This document shows positions 1 to 9,573 of a stretch of DNA of 64,000 nucleotides, piece by piece. The number at the start of each line of letters is the position of its first letter. Positions within the stretch are counted from its first letter, which is position 1. Under the pieces are notes generated by a model that saw nothing but the letters and a program-made list of their open reading frames with translations, was not told the origin of the DNA and did not search any database. Location: the IMG/VR virus record IMGVR_UViG_3300025769_000089; one strand, given 5' to 3'. The stretch comes from an uncultured virus (IMG/VR IMGVR_UViG_3300025769_000089) (lineage: Duplodnaviria > Heunggongvirae > Uroviricota > Caudoviricetes). Both the position numbers and the translations under genes were made by a program.

Positions 1-2
1 CA

Positions 3-251
3 CCGTGGACTCTTAGCGAGGAATACGCTTACGAATTGTTCGTCTATGCAGGTGATGTAAGGCTTGCTAAAATTGATGGAAATATGATGAACGAAGCCAA
101 TGCACAACTGATGGCAGACGCACCACTTCTCTTAGCAGAAGTCAAGCGGTTGCGTGAATGGATAGAGCAAGCAGTTGATGTGTGGGAAAATTGTAATCAC
201 GAAGATAGAACTGATTGGTTCAATAACTTCTGCGAGGTGATGATTGAATGA
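3..251 (+). CDS. Phage hypothetical protein, 5'-truncated (Ead/Ea22-like 'ANAxLxAxAPxLL' motif)
   Basis: Frame is open from the window edge (PWTLSEEY...); contains ANAQLMADAPLLLAEVKRLR. Confidence 0.55.
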   Translation, partial: PWTLSEEYAYELFVYAGDVRLAKIDGNMMNEANAQLMADAPLLLAEVKRLREWIEQAVDVWENCNHEDRTDWFNNFCEVMIE

Positions 252-370
252 AAGACTTAGAATGCAAACGATGTAAAAGAAGAACCAGTGTAAACATTCA
301 CCCTGTCTACAAGATATGTGACGAGTGCTGGAGGTCTACTACAAAGAACCCATTTAGTAGAGGTGATTGA
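248..370 (+). CDS. 40-aa zinc-finger protein
   Basis: Hand-translated MKDLECKRCKRR...ICDECWR...; two CxxC; GAGGTGA RBS; ATGA overlap with upstream gene. Confidence 0.6.
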   Translation: MKDLECKRCKRRTSVNIHPVYKICDECWRSTTKNPFSRGD

Positions 371-802
371 ATGAAGAAAGAAGATTACGAAAAACAAATA
401 CAAGAATTAAACGAGCAAGCAATTAGACTTGAAAAGACCATGCAAACATACCGTGACTTAGAAATAGCAAAGAAACATTATCATGAGTTTAAGACGCATG
501 TCTACAGTGATAAGTTCGGTGAAATACATTGTATAGAAGTTATTTGTACCGTCACTGGTGCTAACTATCTCATCGAACCTGAGACTCCTATGCAGTTAGA
601 GATGCCAAACGACCCAAGATTGTTTGGTGATTTAGCAGGTAAGAAACTCAAAGACATTGAGATAGATGTCGACCAACCTTCTCAGGAAACCACAGAAACG
701 GATGAGAAACCCCCACTTCCACTGGAAAGTAGTCTCGACCCAGATGGAACATACAAAGTAGATGTGTCGAGCATAATGAACAAAAGAAAACAAGAGGAAT
801 AA
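371..802 (+). CDS. Hypothetical protein
   Basis: 143-aa ORF, GAGGTGA RBS, abuts neighbours. Confidence 0.75.
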   Translation: MKKEDYEKQIQELNEQAIRLEKTMQTYRDLEIAKKHYHEFKTHVYSDKFGEIHCIEVICTVTGANYLIEPETPMQLEMPNDPRLFGDLAGKKLKDIEIDVDQPSQETTETDEKPPLPLESSLDPDGTYKVDVSSIMNKRKQEE

Positions 803-804
803 AT

Positions 805-1011
805 ATGGACAAGATAGATGAAATAAAGGATGAACTAGTAGACTTAGAGCAAGCACTCGAACATCTTGAGAGAGCGATATACGAATTTGAATGCATAGAT
901 TGGCCAGACGGTGTACCAATACCTCATCATGTGATGATGGAAATGGAAGAAGCCCACAGTCAAATGGATGACAGGAAACAAGAAATAGAAGACAAACTGG
1001 AGAGGATATAA
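805..1011 (+). CDS. Hypothetical acidic helical protein
   Basis: 68-aa ORF, GAGGAA RBS, tight packing. Confidence 0.7.
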   Translation: MDKIDEIKDELVDLEQALEHLERAIYEFECIDWPDGVPIPHHVMMEMEEAHSQMDDRKQEIEDKLERI

Positions 1012-1338
1012 ATGAAGATAACAATGAATATAGGGGCAAGATGCCCAACAGGTTCGACAAGAGATTGGACAGACTGGATAGACATAGAGATTGATGACAG
1101 CCTTGCACAAGACTTTGTGGGCAACATCATACAATATGCACTTGACGAATCAAGAGCAGACCACTGGCAAACACCAGACAGTTACACTGTAAGAGTGACC
1201 TACGAAACCACAGTGCATGGTCGCAACGCTGAAGAGATTGAAGAAGCCATTTGGGTGGGCTCACATGAGATTGGCAAGTTTGAAGATGGCGAAGAGATAA
1301 GAGCAGATGCAGTAGATGTAGAAGTAGAGGAGGCTTGA
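1012..1338 (+). CDS. Hypothetical acidic protein
   Basis: 108-aa ORF directly after upstream stop. Confidence 0.7.
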   Translation: MKITMNIGARCPTGSTRDWTDWIDIEIDDSLAQDFVGNIIQYALDESRADHWQTPDSYTVRVTYETTVHGRNAEEIEEAIWVGSHEIGKFEDGEEIRADAVDVEVEEA

Positions 1339-1486
1339 GAATGAGAATACTGATTGTAAAATATGAGATTGTCGGGATGAGGCATAATGGAAAAGATGGA
1401 CAGTATTGGATTAATGAAAGTCCCGGTTTGAAATATATTTCAGCAGAGGAGTATGTTTCAGTGGAAGAGGAGGCTTGAGAATGAGA
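1326..1486 (+). repeat. 21-bp perfect direct repeat AGAGGAGGCTTGAGAATGAGA (1326-1346, 1466-1486)
   Basis: Read directly; brackets ORF 1341-1478. Confidence 0.95.
1341..1478 (+). CDS. 45-aa hypothetical protein (repeat-flanked cassette)
   Basis: Hand-translated MRILIVKYEIVG...VEEEA*; GAGGAGG RBS. Confidence 0.65.
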   Translation: MRILIVKYEIVGMRHNGKDGQYWINESPGLKYISAEEYVSVEEEA

Positions 1487-1825
1487 GGAACGCATAAGAA
1501 ACTAAGACAATTGATAAAGGCATACGCAGGATATATGGATGACGAGGAAACATTTTCCTTTGAGGCATTCGGCAAACCAAGAGAGGCTATGGTAACTATT
1601 GCTGACGACGGACTGATTGATACAGTACAGACTTGGGACGGTGAAACACAAATCTTCACAGCGTCGGGAGCCAAGAACTTCACACCGGAATACGCAGCAC
1701 TGAGATTAATCAAGATGATTATTGACGATGAAGAAGAGCATAACGACCATGCAGAGATATCAGAAGACTTCTACTCTTTCCTTGACACAGAGGAAGGGAT
1801 GAGAATATGGCCAAAGGAGGAATGA
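1481..1825 (+). CDS. Hypothetical protein
   Basis: ORF track 1475-1825; ATG at 1481 follows GAGGAGG. Confidence 0.7.
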   Translation: MRGTHKKLRQLIKAYAGYMDDEETFSFEAFGKPREAMVTIADDGLIDTVQTWDGETQIFTASGAKNFTPEYAALRLIKMIIDDEEEHNDHAEISEDFYSFLDTEEGMRIWPKEE

Positions 1826-2139
1826 ATATGGATATAGAAAGATACAGAGAACAACACGCAATACAAGCAAGAAGAAGATGCACACTGAAAGACGGAACAA
1901 TGGTTAGCGTTCAAGCCAGCGAGTTTCATTACTGCTGGCCAAGGAAAGACAACGCTGATAAATACTCAACAGTCGAAGCATGGTTCTGGAGACCGGACAA
2001 ACGATTCAAAGAAGGTAGGCGTATGCTAACAGAAGAACCGTTGGCATTCTTACCAGCAGACGAACTGATGAATATGATTGATACACATGGTGGTATTGTA
2101 TCAGGAGAACTACCACCACTTGATTTAGGAGAGGAATAA
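1822..2139 (+). CDS. Conserved phage hypothetical protein (SVQASxxHYCxPR motif)
   Basis: Motif MVSVQASEFHYCWPR; start at 1822 or 1828 after GGAGGA. Confidence 0.65.
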   Translation: MNMDIERYREQHAIQARRRCTLKDGTMVSVQASEFHYCWPRKDNADKYSTVEAWFWRPDKRFKEGRRMLTEEPLAFLPADELMNMIDTHGGIVSGELPPLDLGEE

Positions 2140-2141
2140 AT

Positions 2142-2288
2142 ATGGCAAGATATATACTAAGAGATTATGCAAGCGTGGAATACGAAGATGAAGAACCAAG
2201 GGTTTACACTTTCAAAAACAAAGACGAAGTGATTGCACAACTGTTGTCCTTCCTCGGTGAAGACATGCACTATGAGGTGAAGAAATGA
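2142..2288 (+). CDS. 48-aa hypothetical protein
   Basis: Hand-translated MARYILRDY...EVKK*; fills the gap and has an RBS. Confidence 0.55.
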   Translation: MARYILRDYASVEYEDEEPRVYTFKNKDEVIAQLLSFLGEDMHYEVKK

Positions 2289-2464
2289 CATACAACGATA
2301 AGATAATGGAAGACTTGAAGCATGCAATCAGAGTTTGGAGTATGGTGTATTTGGTTGAGAAAGGGATTGACCCTAGACCTAACATCTCAAGTTTGGTTGG
2401 TAAGATTGAAGTCACCCTTGACCCAGTAGAGACAAGACAATTTGATAGAGGCGAAGAAGAATGA
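2285..2464 (+). CDS. 59-aa hypothetical protein
   Basis: Hand-translated MTYNDKIM...GEEE*; ATGA overlaps at both ends; GAGGTGA RBS. Confidence 0.55.
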   Translation: MTYNDKIMEDLKHAIRVWSMVYLVEKGIDPRPNISSLVGKIEVTLDPVETRQFDRGEEE

Positions 2465-4464
2465 ACAACATGTTAGGAGAATCAATTGGAGTAGAGGTCT
2501 ACAAAGACCAATACGGAGAGCGATTGGCTCTCAAGTACAAATACAACCCGGACACCAACCAGATGCTCAAGGACTCACTGGGCTTCCCTAAGTTCAAGTG
2601 GGACAGAGACATCAAGGCTTGGAGTATACAGAACAAGAAGTCAGTCGTCGACGAAGCAGTAGCAGTACTGAGAGTCATCGGCTCTTACGACATACAAACT
2701 CTACTCTCTCATGGCAACGGGCTACCGAAAGACGAAGGTCGTTCTGGTGACTGTTGGACAAAAGTCAAGCGTAGTCGTCTGTACTTACATTGGCCTTACA
2801 TCAATGACCAAGCACTGAGAGAAAGAGTCCTCATGGCAGTAAGAAGTATCAGTAGTCGCAAGTTCCATGCTGAGGAAAAGTGCTGGAGTATACCAGTAGC
2901 ACAAGCAAGAACGCTTCACGGTATCCTTGAGGATGTCTACGAACCACTAGCCAAAGCAATACTTGACAACAAAGATGTTGAGAAGGATGTTGCTGAAAGC
3001 ATCAATCGTGTAGAAATCAGCAGTGCATCCGAATTGACTTCTGAGAAACTGAAAGAAATAGATGACAAACTAGCAGGGAAGTTCCCCGAAGGCCTTGACC
3101 TCTACCCATTCCAAAAGGTAGCAGTAGCATTCGCAGATATGAGTAAGGGTCGTTGTTTGATTGGTGATGAAATGGGTATTGGAAAAACGATTTCAGCAAT
3201 TGGTTATGCCGCTATCAATCCACAAGCGAGACCTGCTGTTGTAGTCTGTCCGTCAAATGTAAAGTTCAATTGGAAAAAGGAACTGAACAAGTGGTTACCC
3301 AACGAAACTGTACAGGTCATGACATCTGGTAAAGACAAACCAGAGATGGGTGACTTTATCATTGTCAACTATGACTTGATGGACAAGTTACAAGAGAAAC
3401 TAATCGGACTAGTTCCACGCATGGTCATCCTTGACGAATGTCACTACATCAAGAACTCTGGTAGTAAGAACAAGCCAGTCAAGCGTACAGTAGCAACGCT
3501 CAACTTGTGTAAGTTCGCACCCAAGATTATCGCACTGTCTGGTACAGCAATTGCCAGCCGACCAAAGGAGTTCTTCAACACACTCAACTTGATGAGACCC
3601 GAACAGTTCTCATCCTTCTGGGACTTCGCTCAACGATACTGTGACCCATGGTACGATGGATGGGGCTGGAACTTCGACGGTGCCAGTTACACTCAAGAAC
3701 TCAATGAGCGCACAAGAGACCTGTGTATCCGTAGACTCAAGAGTGAGGTACTTCCCGACCTACCACCAAAGACAAGGACATTCATCCCAGTACATCTGTC
3801 TAAGAAAGACAGGAGTCCCTATGACATCGCTCAAGAAGAGTGGGATAGAAGAATCGAAGAAGCCTATGTCAACGGTGAGAAGTTACCACCGGGTACCATG
3901 CTCAACATGCTGAACGACCTCAGACACATCTGTGGTCAAGTCAAAGTCAACTACGCAGTTGACTGGATAAAGCAATACCGTGAACAGACAGGAAAGCCAA
4001 TCGTAGTCTTCACTCACCATAGAGATGTTCTCAAGCGAATCGCTGACAAATTTACCAATGTACAAATCATCAGTGGTGATGTATCATCTAAGAGGAGACA
4101 GGAGATAGTTGATGACTTCCAAGAAGGGCAAGTCGATGTACTGGTCTGTAATACCATTGCTGCGAAAGAAGGTATCACTCTTACTAGAGCAGACACAGTT
4201 CTGTTCATCGAGAGAGAATGGGTGCCGACAGATGAAGAGCAAGCCGAAGACCGTGTCTATCGTATTGGTCAAGAGAGTCAACATGTACACGCTGTCTACC
4301 TCAGTGTAGCAGCAAGTATCGACGAACACTTTGACAGAGTGGTTGAACAGAAGCGAGCCGTTGTCAAGGCTGTCCTTGACGGTGGAGACGCAGAACAACG
4401 ACAAGGACTAGTGTCCGAACTTGTTAAGAAACTCAGACAAGAAAGAGGCTGGAGGTTCAAGTAA
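2461..4464 (+). CDS. SNF2-family (SMARCAL1/HARP-like) helicase/annealing ATPase
   Basis: GDEMGIGKT (motif I), LDECHYIKN (II), LSGT (III), EGITLT, QAEDRVYRIGQ (VI); two N-terminal HARP-like repeats. Confidence 0.92.
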   Translation: MNNMLGESIGVEVYKDQYGERLALKYKYNPDTNQMLKDSLGFPKFKWDRDIKAWSIQNKKSVVDEAVAVLRVIGSYDIQTLLSHGNGLPKDEGRSGDCWTKVKRSRLYLHWPYINDQALRERVLMAVRSISSRKFHAEEKCWSIPVAQARTLHGILEDVYEPLAKAILDNKDVEKDVAESINRVEISSASELTSEKLKEIDDKLAGKFPEGLDLYPFQKVAVAFADMSKGRCLIGDEMGIGKTISAIGYAAINPQARPAVVVCPSNVKFNWKKELNKWLPNETVQVMTSGKDKPEMGDFIIVNYDLMDKLQEKLIGLVPRMVILDECHYIKNSGSKNKPVKRTVATLNLCKFAPKIIALSGTAIASRPKEFFNTLNLMRPEQFSSFWDFAQRYCDPWYDGWGWNFDGASYTQELNERTRDLCIRRLKSEVLPDLPPKTRTFIPVHLSKKDRSPYDIAQEEWDRRIEEAYVNGEKLPPGTMLNMLNDLRHICGQVKVNYAVDWIKQYREQTGKPIVVFTHHRDVLKRIADKFTNVQIISGDVSSKRRQEIVDDFQEGQVDVLVCNTIAAKEGITLTRADTVLFIEREWVPTDEEQAEDRVYRIGQESQHVHAVYLSVAASIDEHFDRVVEQKRAVVKAVLDGGDAEQRQGLVSELVKKLRQERGWRFK

Positions 4465-4712
4465 TGATAGACTTTAGTGATGTAGGAACCATACAACTAC
4501 ACCAAATAAAAGAAAATCAGTGTGTACAGTTCTTTCCTCATCAAGGTAAGACTGTTGAGGATATGTTACAGGTACTGGATGCCGGGCTCACCAGAATGAA
4601 TGATGATAGTGATGTTCAAAAGCGCAGGGGCATCCTACTTAATCAAATAAAATACAAGGCAAAGCAATTGCCGATACCCTGCGTATTTATATTCGAGGAG
4701 GAACAAGAATGA
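4464..4712 (+). CDS. Hypothetical protein
   Basis: 82-aa ORF, overlapping stop/start. Confidence 0.65.
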   Translation: MIDFSDVGTIQLHQIKENQCVQFFPHQGKTVEDMLQVLDAGLTRMNDDSDVQKRRGILLNQIKYKAKQLPIPCVFIFEEEQE

Positions 4713-5140
4713 GTTACGGAAAAATGAGTGAGAGAGAGGCAAAGGAATACAGGTCAAGAAAAAGGAGAGAGAACAAAGAAAGGACAGAGCACATAGCAAG
4801 ATACCTTAAGCACAAAGGTATAGAGCAGTTGCCTAAACTTAACAAGAAGTTCGATTACATTTCTTTCTGTAAGAAGCATGGCTTAGTTGCACATGGTTTT
4901 CATGTACCTTACTCTGAGATAACTTGTGAATGTAAAGAAATGTCAGCACCTTCTAAGAATGTCAAGAAAAGCGCTGTCATTCATTTTTCGATAAAGTCCA
5001 GTAAGGTAGGACAGGTAGTGGCTTGCTCTTACCCTTCTGAACTAGGATTGTTTACGAGTGACATAAGTAAGGTTGGATGCGGCCTTTGTAGAAAGAAATT
5101 AGAAGCGGCAATAAAATTAAACAGGGGGAATGAAGAATGA
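4709..5140 (+). CDS. Basic Cys-containing hypothetical protein
   Basis: 143-aa ORF, ATGA overlaps, C-terminal CxxC. Confidence 0.65.
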   Translation: MSYGKMSEREAKEYRSRKRRENKERTEHIARYLKHKGIEQLPKLNKKFDYISFCKKHGLVAHGFHVPYSEITCECKEMSAPSKNVKKSAVIHFSIKSSKVGQVVACSYPSELGLFTSDISKVGCGLCRKKLEAAIKLNRGNEE

Positions 5141-5472
5141 GAATCGACATAGAAGATATACAAGACCACGAAGACCCATACTGGTATCAGAATCTCAGAG
5201 GAATGCTTGGCATGACCGACCAGATTATGCGACTCTATGGGCACGACGAAGAAGCATTCAAGAAGCGTATTGCTGAGTTCATGTGGCGGGTTGTCCAAAG
5301 CAATCTATCCGCTAACACCAAACCAAGACATGACAATGAGGTTGAGCACTGTGGGACATTTCCTAAAGACAGTGGTTCACCGGGTATCAGCCATTTGATT
5401 GCCGATGCTTATCCACGCTCAACATCACGGACAAAGTGGTTCGCTAAACAACGCCAATCTGACCAAGAGTAG
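5137..5472 (+). CDS. Hypothetical protein
   Basis: 111-aa ORF; 3' end overlaps the convergent gene. Confidence 0.6.
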   Translation: MRIDIEDIQDHEDPYWYQNLRGMLGMTDQIMRLYGHDEEAFKKRIAEFMWRVVQSNLSANTKPRHDNEVEHCGTFPKDSGSPGISHLIADAYPRSTSRTKWFAKQRQSDQE

Positions 5473-6256
5473 ATTTAACATTATCTTCTTGGTCTAAAAG
5501 CGAGTCAAATAGTAAATCTTCTTGTGCTCTACTCATCGGCATTTCTGATTCTAAAATTGGTTCAATGAATTGCTCAAACGGTAACTCATCTATTCTTCTA
5601 GCGAAGGACTCTCTTTGTTCCTCTGGTAATTGATAATCAATACCGAATCTACGAGGGACCTTTCTGCCTCCCATGGCCAAGAGGAACCCTGCCAAGTCTT
5701 TTTCTGGTGATGGGTTCGCAGGTCCGTAAAACATTGGGTCCATCATTACAGCCCTTCCTTGTTGTGAAGGGTCATCCATTATTTCACTCACTGGCAATCC
5801 TCTCTGAGGAGTTGTTTGCATCCAATTAGCAGGTTTAATATCCGAAAGACCGAGTGCTTCTAACAGTTCACCTCCCGGTGAATCATAAAGTGCTTGGGCT
5901 AGTTGTTTGCCTCTCATTGCCCCGGCTCTTTTGGTGCCCTCATATTGTAAGGGTTGACCTCGAACTTGTTGTGAGAGGACAGGTATTCTTTGGTTGAACC
6001 TTGCTTGGGTATCCATGGGTAATTCCATGGTCTGTGCGATTGGATTTTGTGATACAAACAAATCCGGTCTTTCCGCAGCCAAACGGTTGAGATAATACAT
6101 ATCGGGGAGAGTAAATACTCCCCCGACTTTGGTGACATCCGGGTCACCTTCTCTGCCAAACACTTGCTGATTCATCCCTTCATCAAGAAGGTAACCCTCC
6201 GAGGGTTGAAAGACGGCTTTGAGCAACAACCATGCTTGCTCAAAGGCACCCGTCAT
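5444..6256 (-). CDS. Protein-kinase-like fold protein with AWxxLK leader
   Basis: LDEGMNQQVF (Gly-loop-like), VTKV (Lys), QQVRGQPL (hinge), SDIKPANW (catalytic loop DxKxxN), VMMDP (metal-binding Asp). Confidence 0.65.
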   Translation of the reverse strand: MTGAFEQAWLLLKAVFQPSEGYLLDEGMNQQVFGREGDPDVTKVGGVFTLPDMYYLNRLAAERPDLFVSQNPIAQTMELPMDTQARFNQRIPVLSQQVRGQPLQYEGTKRAGAMRGKQLAQALYDSPGGELLEALGLSDIKPANWMQTTPQRGLPVSEIMDDPSQQGRAVMMDPMFYGPANPSPEKDLAGFLLAMGGRKVPRRFGIDYQLPEEQRESFARRIDELPFEQFIEPILESEMPMSRAQEDLLFDSLLDQEDNVKSTLGQIGVV

Positions 6257-6314
6257 AATATTCCGACTGAGCCGTTTGGCTTAGTATTTGTGCTTTGGTT
6301 TCGGCCACCAAAGT

Positions 6315-6340
6315 ACTTCTTTTATAAAGGCCCTAAGAAG
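6315..6340 (+). promoter_or_regulatory. Conserved viral promoter element with TATA box (TTTATAAA), copy 1
   Basis: ACTTCTTTTATAAAGGCCCTAAGAAG, 24/26 identical to 13087-13112; intergenic. Confidence 0.75.
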
Positions 6341-6408
6341 ATATATGGCACCTTTCGGAAAAAACCAGCCGAATAAATAAGAAAAATAATAAACAGAAAA
6401 CAAGAGGA

Positions 6409-7887
6409 ATGAATATGAACGAAATAGTATTGATAGGAAAAATAACAGGAAGCACACCGAACATAATTGAAATGGAGTACCCCTCAGTAGCGGGTATTAA
6501 TTCAATTAGACTACCCAGAACAATGGTCGCTCGCTTTGAGCGCATCGAAGGTGGTAGAGTAGCGGTGTTAGTAAGACCAGACGATAGTAGCAAGGGACAA
6601 GAACTCAACCGTGAGTTGATTTCACAGAACTCCCCACTACATGTAACCAGTGAACACATGGACATTGTCATGGCCTTTGAGAACAATGAAAGCATCAGCG
6701 TAGATGCTGACTTCGATGACGAAGTACCAGTCTGGGCTAACCAAGATACACCTAGTGTAGAAGTTGGTGGAGAATCAGTGGGTCCGTTTGACAACATGCT
6801 GTTCTCCGGTGGAAGAAAAGAGAAGGCGACTATGGATTGGGACTTTGACCCAGTTCGCAAGCCAGCCTTTGTAATGGTAGATGACGGTAGCCAAAGCACA
6901 GTTGCTAGAGTCAACGGTGCGAATGGTGAGCCATCAGCCTACCACATCTTCAACCCAAACTACGCTAGTGACAGTAGACCAATGGGTGCTCACTTGGGTA
7001 CATTCAGTGCGTCTTACTACCCAATGCCTTACCGAGTTGGCTATGGTCCTGTATTGGACATGGCTGCTGAGAAAGGTTGGCCAGCACAAGTAATGGCATG
7101 GAACGAAGGGAAGCAATCGGCTCTCTTCCTTGATGTGTCTACTAATGTTGACTGGGAGAAAGCAAGTCACAGACTTGGAACTAACTGGCAAACCAGAGGC
7201 TTTGCTAACAACGGTGACTACAGAGTTGGTATCGCAATCTACAACAGCCTAGATGGTAGCAGTGCTTACAAAGTACAGGCTATCGCTGAGCGACTAGTAT
7301 GTACCAACGGTATGGTCATGGGTGACAGAGCGAATCTAATCAGTCTCAAGCACACCAATGGTGTGTTGGGCAACTTCGATTTCAGCAAACTGGCTGACAG
7401 AATACACGAAGTCATTGAGACAGCGGCTGAGGAGATAATTGTAGCGGAATCGATGAGAGACATTCAAGTCGATAGGAACATGTTTGAGAAACTCATGACC
7501 ATTTGTGAGCGTAAGGGATTGATTACCAAGCCACAAATCAAGCGTGACGATGCTGGTAGCGTAGTTGGAATCAACAGAGGACACATGTGGAGACTCATGG
7601 GCCAAGGTTGGACTAATCCAAGCGAGCCTTGGGTTGCTGTCAACAACCAAGACAGCGGCTCCCTACTCCATGTATACAACATCTTGACTGGCGCTATCAC
7701 ACACAAACCAACTTGGACTGATGGTAAGGACACATTGACTGGTTCTACACTCAACTTCTCTACACTTACAGACAGACTACAGACAGTTCACAAAGTGCTT
7801 GGTGACATGACCCGCAAAGCAGTCGATGGCAAGTCCATTGAAGAGCAACTAGCAAAGGTCCCAATGTTCAGTGAGATTCTATACTGA
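6409..7887 (+). CDS. DUF932-like phage/plasmid protein with N-terminal extension
   Basis: NSLDGSS...RLVCTNG...KHT signature. Confidence 0.7.
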   Translation: MNMNEIVLIGKITGSTPNIIEMEYPSVAGINSIRLPRTMVARFERIEGGRVAVLVRPDDSSKGQELNRELISQNSPLHVTSEHMDIVMAFENNESISVDADFDDEVPVWANQDTPSVEVGGESVGPFDNMLFSGGRKEKATMDWDFDPVRKPAFVMVDDGSQSTVARVNGANGEPSAYHIFNPNYASDSRPMGAHLGTFSASYYPMPYRVGYGPVLDMAAEKGWPAQVMAWNEGKQSALFLDVSTNVDWEKASHRLGTNWQTRGFANNGDYRVGIAIYNSLDGSSAYKVQAIAERLVCTNGMVMGDRANLISLKHTNGVLGNFDFSKLADRIHEVIETAAEEIIVAESMRDIQVDRNMFEKLMTICERKGLITKPQIKRDDAGSVVGINRGHMWRLMGQGWTNPSEPWVAVNNQDSGSLLHVYNILTGAITHKPTWTDGKDTLTGSTLNFSTLTDRLQTVHKVLGDMTRKAVDGKSIEEQLAKVPMFSEILY

Positions 7888-7912
7888 ACATCTAGGTAGA
7901 ACAGTTGGAGGA

Positions 7913-8626
7913 ATGAATATGAACGAAGAAACACCAGAAGAAGCAGTGAAAGTAATATTAGAACGAATGAGAGAGGGAGGTCTCTGGCAACCGCATGGTC
8001 TAGGTTTATCCTATATCAAAGAGGCAAACCAGACTGTCAAACTTATCTCACAAGAGAATACACCGATGAGTGCTCAAGCCAGAATCCGTATGAGGATGTT
8101 GGTTGAGAGCATCGGTTGGTCTGTTGACGAAACCATTTGTGAACTGATAGATGTAGAGCATCTGTCTCTTGAAGAGAAGCACATCAAAGAGATGATGATG
8201 CGACAAGAGATGGCTCAAGGTTGGAAGTGTTCCTGTGGTACTCCATTGTCAGCCTTCCCGCTTGAGGAAGGTGTATGGAAACACGAGGGTCAGCAAGAGA
8301 TGGTTCTACCTACTGGAGAGAAAGAGATGGTCGAGCAGTGGCATGTGTTGATTCAGTGCCCTACTTGTGATGCTGAGATACCTACCGACCCATATGACTA
8401 CGGACTACTAGCGGGCGACGAGTCAATGCTTGTCTACAACACTGGTAAGGTTACATACACTGCTGTCGACAGACCTGCTATCATTGATAGGGTTGACAAT
8501 AAACTAGCGGAATCGATGATAATACTGGGTACATTTTGTCCGTTCAACGGTGACCTACTGCCCCCTCATGTCAGAGGGGCGGTTGTTACTTTCAGAGAAA
8601 CAAAGGAAACAGGTGAAGAAGAATGA
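7913..8626 (+). CDS. Hypothetical protein with zinc ribbon
   Basis: ORF track 7871-8626; likely start MNMNEE after GGAGGA; CSC...CPTC. Confidence 0.7.
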   Translation: MNMNEETPEEAVKVILERMREGGLWQPHGLGLSYIKEANQTVKLISQENTPMSAQARIRMRMLVESIGWSVDETICELIDVEHLSLEEKHIKEMMMRQEMAQGWKCSCGTPLSAFPLEEGVWKHEGQQEMVLPTGEKEMVEQWHVLIQCPTCDAEIPTDPYDYGLLAGDESMLVYNTGKVTYTAVDRPAIIDRVDNKLAESMIILGTFCPFNGDLLPPHVRGAVVTFRETKETGEEE

Positions 8627-8772
8627 CTAATAATATAGAAGAAATAAATAACGAATATGCAAAGGAACAAAGGTTTCGTGAAAGATTGAAAAAACTAACA
8701 AAGGATGAATTGATAGATAGAATGTTAAACATGAAAGCATTTATTGATGATTTAGTGAGTGATGAAGAATGA
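8623..8772 (+). CDS. 49-aa AT-rich hypothetical protein
   Basis: Hand-translated MTNNIEE...SDEE*; ATGA overlaps at both ends. Confidence 0.55.
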   Translation: MTNNIEEINNEYAKEQRFRERLKKLTKDELIDRMLNMKAFIDDLVSDEE

Positions 8773-9035
8773 GTATAGAGATAATACAACTAGGAGATGA
8801 GATAATGCGAGTGTTAGTCGTTGACAAAGACACTCCCAAACAGGCGTGTGAGAACTGCGGGCAGCCTTGCTACAACCACGAACTACTTGCCAAGGAAGAC
8901 ACAGACTGGTGCATGAACTGTAACGATGAAGAATACAGGAAGGGTTGGTCTGACAGAGACATTGGCGTTTGGTGCATAGACCAGATGGCTAAGGGACTTG
9001 CTGTAGCAGTTGTCACGAGAGATGTAGAGGAATAG
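8769..9035 (+). CDS. Zinc-finger hypothetical protein
   Basis: CENC...CMNC. Confidence 0.65.
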   Translation: MSIEIIQLGDEIMRVLVVDKDTPKQACENCGQPCYNHELLAKEDTDWCMNCNDEEYRKGWSDRDIGVWCIDQMAKGLAVAVVTRDVEE

Positions 9036-9037
9036 AT

Positions 9038-9226
9038 ATGAAAGGAATTAGATTAACGAAGAAAGAAAAAGCAGCATTGTATACAGTTTTAGAAGATGGT
9101 TTTCACAACACTGTACATCTACTAGATGTGCTTAACTGTGAAGGTGGATATAACTTTGAAGAATTATACACAGTCGAAGAAATCAATAGAATCGGTACAT
9201 GGATTTGTAACAAATGTGGGGTGTAG
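9038..9226 (+). CDS. Hypothetical protein
   Basis: 62-aa ORF bracketed by TAGATATGAA repeats. Confidence 0.6.
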   Translation: MKGIRLTKKEKAALYTVLEDGFHNTVHLLDVLNCEGGYNFEELYTVEEINRIGTWICNKCGV

Positions 9227-9228
9227 AT

Positions 9229-9366
9229 ATGAATGCACATCGAGATAAAGCAATCATTGGATTGGTATGGGTAGCAATAGCGCACATAGACAACGGTGAC
9301 ATAGACAAAGCAAAAGCCACGATGTTGGGACTCATAAATTCATTAGAAGGACAGGTGGAAGCATGA
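9229..9366 (+). CDS. 45-aa hypothetical protein
   Basis: Hand-translated MNAHRDKAIIGLVW...QVEA*. Confidence 0.55.
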   Translation: MNAHRDKAIIGLVWVAIAHIDNGDIDKAKATMLGLINSLEGQVEA

Positions 9367-9573
9367 AGCGATTTCCTAGGTCAAAGGGTAAGATACAGGC
9401 GTTGAACATAGCCATTATGCAATACACTTGTCTTGAAGGAAACGGTTACGATTACTTCAAACAAGTCTATGGTGGTGAAGATACATTCGGTGCGCCTCTC
9501 ATTTGTACAGTAGAAGATATTGAATGGGCGATGGACTACCTATGGGAACGATGTCAGAAGGTGGAAGCATGAA
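9353..9573 (+). repeat. 15-bp perfect direct repeat AGGTGGAAGCATGAA (9353-9367, 9559-9573)
   Basis: Read directly; brackets ORF 9363-9572. Confidence 0.92.
9363..9572 (+). CDS. Hypothetical protein (repeat-flanked cassette)
   Basis: 69-aa ORF with RBS and ATGA overlaps. Confidence 0.65.
   Translation: MKRFPRSKGKIQALNIAIMQYTCLEGNGYDYFKQVYGGEDTFGAPLICTVEDIEWAMDYLWERCQKVEA

Noticed and set aside
114..134. ADAPLL peptide shared between the first ORF and the MCP N-terminus
   Set aside because: Six-residue match in unrelated contexts; most likely chance
1326..1486. Direct repeats as a mini-CRISPR array
   Set aside because: Only two copies 140 bp apart; the intervening sequence is an ORF and the repeat is an RBS/stop/start junction
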